From: Eledone cirrhosa
Taxonomy: Eukaryota
Length of the DNA: 64,000 nucleotides
Direction: 5' to 3'
Assembly (NCBI GenBank): GCA_964016885.1
Contig: OZ024747.1
Coordinates: 80,910,001-80,974,000, forward strand
The position numbers and the translations under genes are program-made. The notes beneath the pieces are model-generated. The model was given only the letters and a program-made list of their open reading frames with translations. It was not told the DNA's origin and searched no databases. Below, one piece after another: positions 57,301 through 64,000 of the stretch (its first letter is position 1; every line of letters begins with the position of its first letter).

Positions 57301-58188
57301 AGAAAAGCCTCTATATGGAAAATACCCAGAGAGAGCTAACAATCCTGATGTTGAGAAAACTTTAACCCATCAGTGGTTGGCATCGTCTGGACTGAAATCG
57401 GAGACTGAAGGACTGATTATATCAGCACAAGATCAGTGTCTGCCAACAAAAAATTACCAAGCCAACATAATAAAAAATGGATGCAACCCATTATGCCGTG
57501 TATCTAAAAAAACAACCAGAGACCATTGATCATATAATTTCAATGTGCAGTCCTATAGCTCCAACCGAATACCTAAACAGGCATGACAGAGCTGCACAAT
57601 ACATACATTAGATAATGTGTAAGCATTTTGACCTGCCCCATCAAAAGAATTGGTGGGAGCATCAACCACCTCCCGTACTTGAAAAAGATATCATCTCAAT
57701 CTTGTGGAACTTTAGCATCCAAACAGACCGAAAAATAGATGCAAATAGACCTGATATAATACTGAAGGACTTTAAAAAGAGGGTATGCCTGCTAATTGAT
57801 ATGTCCGTTCCAATAGACAAGAATGTATCTATAAAAACATTTGAAAAATTGAGTAAGTATAAGGACGTGGACATAGAAATTGGAAAAATGTAAAAATTGA
57901 GAACTAAAACAATACCAGTGGTTGTAGGCGCTCTAGGAATGATACCTAAGGAGTCTAATGATTACTTATCGCAAATCCCAGGAAACCCGCGTATAGGAGA
58001 AATACAAAAGATAGTGTTAATGGGAACTGCCCATATACTAAGGAAAAGTCTAAACACCTAAAGATGCATGTGTGTATATGTATGTTCTTTCTTGAACATG
58101 GCGGACCTTGTTGTGACTTGGTGATAACTCGTATGAATATAAAGCAAGATAAATGCAACTGCAGTAATAATAATAATAATAATAATAA
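54305..58188 (+). mobile_element. R4/Dong-like LINE family B, near full length, disrupted ORF
   Basis: WKSPGKD, IDYKQAFD, GIFQGDSLSP, YMDD, YKYLG, REL RPDI..IDMSVP..EKLSKY; (AAT)n tail. Confidence 0.92.
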
Positions 58189-58568
58189 TTGTTTCTACTT
58201 TAGGCACAAGGCCAGCAATTACCCAGTGCATTACTGGTACTTTATTTTATCGACCCCGTAAGGATGAAAGGCAAAGTCAACCTCGGCGGGATTTGAACTC
58301 AGATCGTAAAGGGACGTAACTATGCTGGAAAGCATGGCGTCCGACCCTCTACCGATACTGCCAATCCACCGAATAATAATAATAATTGTTTCTACTTTAG
58401 GCACAAGGCCAGCAATTACCCAGTGCATTACTGGTACTTTATTTTATCGACCCCGTAAGGATGAAAGGCAAAGTCAACCTCGGCGGGATTAGAACTCAGA
58501 TCGTAAAGGGACGTAACTATGCTGGAAAGCATGGCGTCCGACCCTCTACCGATACTGCCAATCCACCG
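58185..58568 (-). mobile_element. Two full-length tandem tRNA-derived (Meta-like) SINEs
   Basis: Minus strand cggtggattggcagtatcggtagagg...gagttcaaatcccgccgagg...gcctttcatccttacggggtcgataaaataaagtacc...gccttgtgcctaaagtagaaaca(ATT)n. Confidence 0.9.
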
Positions 58569-58583
58569 AATAATAATAATAAT

Positions 58584-58890
58584 GAAGGAGAGGGAGAAAA
58601 TTATCGGATACCATGACTTAAAGTGGGAGGTAAAAAGGATTTGGAACTGCCATGAAGTCAAAGTGGTCCCGATTGTCATAGGCGCACTAGGTACTATCTC
58701 AAAAAGTTTCCAGGGATGGTTAAAGAAAATTGGCCCGCCACGCTTTTGGAACGCTTCAAAAGGCATGCTTGCTGGGAACAGCAAGAACCCTCCGATACGT
58801 TCTTAATATCTGAGGCTACAGGTAGTGGCTTGATATTCATTTCAACAAACTTTCCAGTTAACTAACATCAATGACTGAGACTCAAAGAAC

Positions 58891-58922
<32 letters not shown>
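58584..58922 (+). mobile_element. R4/Dong family A 3' stub, (AAT)n on both sides
   Basis: KEREKI..Y.DLKWEVKRIW..IVIGALG and the same 3' UTR as 23867-23957. Confidence 0.9.
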
Positions 58923-58924
<2 letters not shown>

Positions 58925-59543
58925 CTTTCTTTATTAACCACAAGGGTTTATAGAAAGTAAGACATTAAGGACAGTACAGGACAATACAGGACGGTACAAA
59001 TGGGCATTTTTGCGTGTAAAAAAAACAAAAATAGAGGATGTAACAAAAGAAGGAACAATGAAAGATTCCCCAATAGGTGGGGGGGGGAGACTTCCGAGGG
59101 CCATTGTGGAGAAAGCTTATTAAAAAATCCACGGTGACCCTAACCACCAGGACAAGTGCCCTCCCCCAGTATTCCACCTTCAATTTACCGGCACATACTC
59201 AGAGTAGGCCCATTCACTCGGGCCATTCAATGACTCTCTCACCCATCTTTCAACAAAATGCCGGGAAGAGAGCACTTCCCTCTCTACCCTGATTTTCCTT
59301 TTCAAATGAAATTTGAAAATGTTAATCAGGGCATCATCGAAGAGGTAAGCGCTCGTCTTCAGCCCTTTCAGACGCGTCCACCATACTATCTCCTTCGCCA
59401 TGGCCACCAGACAGATAAAAACTGCCTGCCCTTCCCGGCTAAAGGAAGAGGGCGGGGCAATCCTCACGATGGACTCAGCTGATAGCCGGATCCGTTCTAC
59501 ACGCGACAGCAGGTGTTCGACATAAACCCACAAGTCGAACACC
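58923..59543 (-). mobile_element. Tx1/L1-like subfamily B 3' fragment
   Basis: Near-identical to 18651-19247. Confidence 0.88.
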
Positions 59544-59692
59544 TGCTACCAATAGCTACCAAAAGATATAAATAGACTGATTTAGTGACCCGGTTAAACA
59601 TAGCCAACAACACCATAATAATAATTATTACTGCCGTTGTATCTCTAAACTCCCTTAAAATGTTTAGTTTAAACGATGTCAAATAATAATAA

Positions 59693-59793
59693 TAATTGTT
59701 TATACTTTTGGCACAAGGCCAGCAATTATCACAGTATATTACTGGTACTTTATTTTATCAACCCCATAAGGATGAAAGGCAAAGTTAACCTCG
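59693..59793 (-). mobile_element. 5'-truncated Meta-like SINE
   Basis: Same tail and central block as the full copies. Confidence 0.8.
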
Positions 59794-60099
59794 AATGATA
59801 AGCAACAAGTCGAAAAATTACACAACAGAACACAAGACAAAAACAAACGCAACATCAAAAGAAAAACAAATTTCAAAAGTTTTGAACGCATCACCCCTAC
59901 CTCCCTCGTTGCTATGACTACGAGCTTAGCGTAGCAAAAAATCAAAAACGGCAGCAGCAGCAACAACAACACTAGTAACCGATGATACTGGCCTTGAAAA
60001 ACAAAAAGAAAAAGTCAGACATTCAAACATTACAATGAAACTTATGTTTATTTTTTATGTTTTTATTTATTTATTTGTTTATTTATTTATTTTCATCTA

Positions 60100-63000
60100 C
60101 AGCGGGGTGGTGCCACGCTAAAATCACCGGTTGTGATGAAATCACCGGTGGTTATGTAACCATACATTCACCAATCCTCGATATGAGTGTTTAAATGTCG
60201 AACCTAAACAATTCGAATAACGGTGAAAAGGAGACTGGAACGTCATTTGAAAGACTCTCACCCAGCAAGTGCTCCCTGGCCCAGCAGCAGGGACCTGGCT
60301 GTCATCCAAATACTGCTGGTGCTGGAGGAAGAAGAAGGAATTGGGACAAGAACCAACTGGACGAAAGAATTGAATAGAACTGTCATGAAATGTTACCTGA
60401 AGTGTAACTCCATGGAAAAAGGCTATAGGAAACGGATGGATAACATCTGGAATGAACGAGATTGGTCTATTTAAATTAGATTAACAAAATTGGCCGGACA
60501 GGCTCGGGTAATAAGAACTAATGGATGGATAAGCGAGCTGGAACTGGAGAAACTGAGCAGAGAGATTAAGTTGGAAATGGAGAGAGGCGTATGTCAGGCA
60601 AACGAGCCAGTGGGAAATGAAGGTGAAGAGGTTGAGAGACCTGAGGAAGCATCCGAAGCAGGCAATGATCTGGATGTTGAAATAAATAACATTTGGAACA
60701 ACGATACGGCCATTGAGGAAATGAATGCTGATGAGCTAGGGCAAAATTTGGTTGATAACCTAAACTTAGTGGTAGATGAAATGAACAATGATAGTGGGAA
60801 ACCTATGAACCTAATATTTGTAGACAGGAAAAAGTTAAAAGAAACAACAGCTAAGGTAAAGAAAGTCATCGCATACCTTGAGGCGAGGAACCTTCACCAA
60901 CGCAACAATATCCTCAAAGCAACCGCAAATGCGGTGAAGAAATTACTTAGCACAAAAACGAGAGGAAACAACAAACAAGAAAGATCAGAACCTTGGTGGA
61001 AGAAACGACTGAATGGTCAAATCAAGGAAATGAGAAAAGACATTGGAAAGCTTGAGTCCTTACTGAATGAGACATGACAAAATATAGACACTAAAAATAG
61101 ATTGAAAATAAAATACAAAACTAGGGGAAAAAAGCTAAATATTATCATAAAGGAACTGAAGCAACGCATTGTAGCAAATAGTGCAAATATTAGGTGGTAT
61201 GAGAACAGAGTTAGTCAGTATAGACAGAACCGCATGTTTGACAACAACCAGATGTTGTTTGGACAGCTTGAAGGGAAAGAAGAGACAACGACGTGATCCC
61301 TGAAGCGGAACAGACTAAGACATTCTGGAGGGGAATATGGGAGCAGGATGTTGAATATAATAGTCAGGCAGTGAGGATTGGGACAGTTCAAAAGGAGATT
61401 ATTGAACAAGCACACCAACAACCTGATTTGAGTATCACAGTTGAAACTCTTAAGGGGCAGGCCAAAAAACTAATCAACTGGAAATCACCCTGCCCAGATG
61501 GTGTGCAAGGGTATTTGATTACAAATATAATATCCCTCCACCCGAAACGGACAACCATGTTCAATGATTGCTTGACGCCGGGTGAAGTACCAGAGTGGTT
61601 GACAAAAGGTACCACAGTTCTGGTAATGAAAGACCGAATCAAGGGTAATGATGTTACCAACTATAGGCCTATCACATGTCTGTCCGTATTGTGGAAACTG
61701 TTAACAAGCATTGTGTCTGAGGAAATCTACCATCACCTCCACATAAACAACTTGTTACCGGACGAACAGAAAGGATGCCGAAAGAAGTCCCGTGGTACAA
61801 AAGACCATTAACTTATTGATAAGATGGTAATGAGGAATTGCAAGAGGAGGCACACTGGTCTTGCCATGGGATGGATAGACTACAAAAAGTCATTCGACAT
61901 GGTACCTCATTCTTGGATAACCAAAAGCCAAGAGATCTTCAAGGTGGCAGATAACATCCGATAGTTGTTGAGCAAAAGTATGAAGTCCTGGGAAACAGAG
62001 TTAACTCAGCTGGAGAATCCTTGGGAGGCGTGAAGATCAAGAGAGGTATCTCGCAGGGAGATAGTTTGTCCTTTCTGCTGTTTGTCCTTGCCCTGATACC
62101 TCTGTCCTTTATATTGCGAAAGGTGAGAGCAGGATATAAGTTGGGAAGAGGAGAGCTTACCATCAACCACCTCCTCTTCATGGACGATCTTAAACTCTTT
62201 GGGAAGAGTGAGAAGGTGGTGGATGTACTTGTTGACACTGTCCGTATTTTCAGCAGTGATATATGTATGGAATTTGGTATTAATAAGTGTGGAGTCCTAG
62301 TGATGAAGAGGGGTAAATTGAGCAGAAGCAACGGAATCCAGGTACCAACAGGTGAGGTGATAAAGGAAATTGACACTGAAGAAGGATACAAATATTTAGG
62401 TGTTCTGGAGGCAGATGACATCAAGAACATAAAAATGAAGGAATTGATAAGATCTGAATACATTCGGAGAGTAAGGAGCGTATTAAAATCACATCTAAAT
62501 AGTAGGAATGGCATAAGTGCAGTAAATTCCCGAGCTGTGTCTATTATTATGTAAAGTGCGGGAATTCTGAAATGGAATGTTGCTGAACAAAAAGAAATGG
62601 ATAGGAAGACTAGGAAGATATTGACTATCTACAACATGTTCCACAGAGGAGTGATGTCGATAGACTCTACTTAAAGAGATCTGAAGGTGGAAGAGGTCTT
62701 ATCAGCACACAGATGGAGAAAAGCAACCTGCACAAATATGTGACTGACAGTAGGGAGCCAATGCTCAAAATTGTACTGAAGGAGAAAACAATAGACCAGG
62801 GGATGTCCAAGGAGGAAATAACAACAAGGAGAACAGCAACCTTAATGAAAAATCCCTTCATAGTACCTTCTTTAAGAAAGCTGAATTTAGAGATCCACAG
62901 ACATGGAACTGGTTAAAAAGAGGAGACCTTAAAAAAGCTACAGAAGGAATGCTAATGGCTGCGCAAGAGCAAGCCCTCAGAACGAAGTGGCTGAAACACC

Positions 63001-63693
63001 ATATTTACAAGGAGGAGGCTAGCTCACTGTGTAGGACCTGTGGAGAGAGAGAGGAGACTGTGGCTCACATTGTATCCGAGTGTAAATACCTAGCCCAGAC
63101 TCACTATAAAGGCTGGAGACATGATGTGATGGGCAGGGTGATCCAATGGAATCTATGCAAAGTAAACAATTTACCACATTCTGAGAAGTGGTATGAACAT
63201 AAGCCAGAGTCGGTGATAGAAAACGATCAGGTGAAGGTGCTGTGGGATTTTAGGATACAGACGGACAAGAAATTAGAATACAATAGGCCTGACCGGGTGG
63301 TTTTGGACAAGGAAAAAAGATCGTGCCTGATTGCGGATGTGGCCTGCCCATTTGACACGAGTGTGCAAGAAAAGGAGAGGGAGAAAATTAACCGATACCA
63401 GGACTTGAAGTGGAAGTTAAAAAGGATTTGGAACTGCCATGATGTCAAGGTCGTCCCGATTGCCATAGGCGCACTAGGTACTATCTCAAAGAGTTTGCAA
63501 GGATGGTTAAAGAATATTAGTCCAGCCCCGGTTTTGGAATACTTCAAAAGGCATGCTTGCTGGGAACAGCAAGAACCCTCCGATACGCCCTCAATGTCTG
63601 AGGCTGCAGGTAGCGGCTTAATATTAATTTCAACAAACTTTCCAGTTAAATAACATCAATCACTGAGACTCAAAGAATAATAATAATAATAAT
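60100..63693 (+). mobile_element. R4/Dong-like LINE family A, second near-full-length disrupted copy
   Basis: Colinear with 20390-23957 across 5' UTR, RT, zinc knuckle, REL and (AAT)n tail. Confidence 0.92.
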
Positions 63694-63767
63694 TTTAAAA
63701 AATTTGTATTCACATACATACATACGTACATATATACATACATACATACATACTTACATACATACAT

Positions 63768-64000
63768 AAAATGATTCAAGAAAAAACAACAAAGAATCGC
63801 AGAAACTTGACTGTGGTGTGGCTGGACTATCACAAAGCATTTGATAGTGTACCTCATGGGTGGATTGTTAAGGCTTTACAGTTAGACAAAGTCCCACAAC
63901 CACTGGTAGCTGCTGTTGAACGTCTGACCAAGAACTGATACACCAATTTGATCCTTAGAGGTGAGAAGGAGCAAGTTAAGACTGATAAGATACATTACCA
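63768..64000 (+). mobile_element. R4/Dong-like RT fragment after (CATA)n, runs off the window
   Basis: Peptide KNRRNLTVVWLDYHKAFDSVPHGWIVKALQL. Confidence 0.8.

Overview
This is AT-rich, microsatellite-dense eukaryotic DNA. The repeat content resembles a cephalopod/mollusc genome, but that is inference. Most of the window is retroelements, sorted by the microsatellite they sit in. (1) (TA)n tracts hold more than ten families of short, non-coding elements. Most are fold-backs (inverted repeats), many carry type I hammerhead-ribozyme folds, and they share an ACTC...GAGTRC stem in the 3' tail. These are probably Penelope-like pLTR or retrozyme-type elements and are the most interesting system here. 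(2) (AAT)n tracts hold two R4/Dong-like REL-endonuclease LINE families, two Tx1/L1-like LINE subfamilies, and a tRNA-derived SINE whose 3' tail matches the Tx1 tail. (3) (CATA)n tracts hold a third R4/Dong-like family. CRE and RTE LINE fragments, CORE-SINEs and MITEs are also present. The only convincing host gene is an unrecognised ~660-700 aa protein encoded mainly by a 2-kb exon (35754-37779), with a tandemly duplicated promoter/first exon. Nearly all other ORFs in the track are microsatellite or antisense artefacts. All alignments and folds were done by eye, so coordinates may be off by a few nt.
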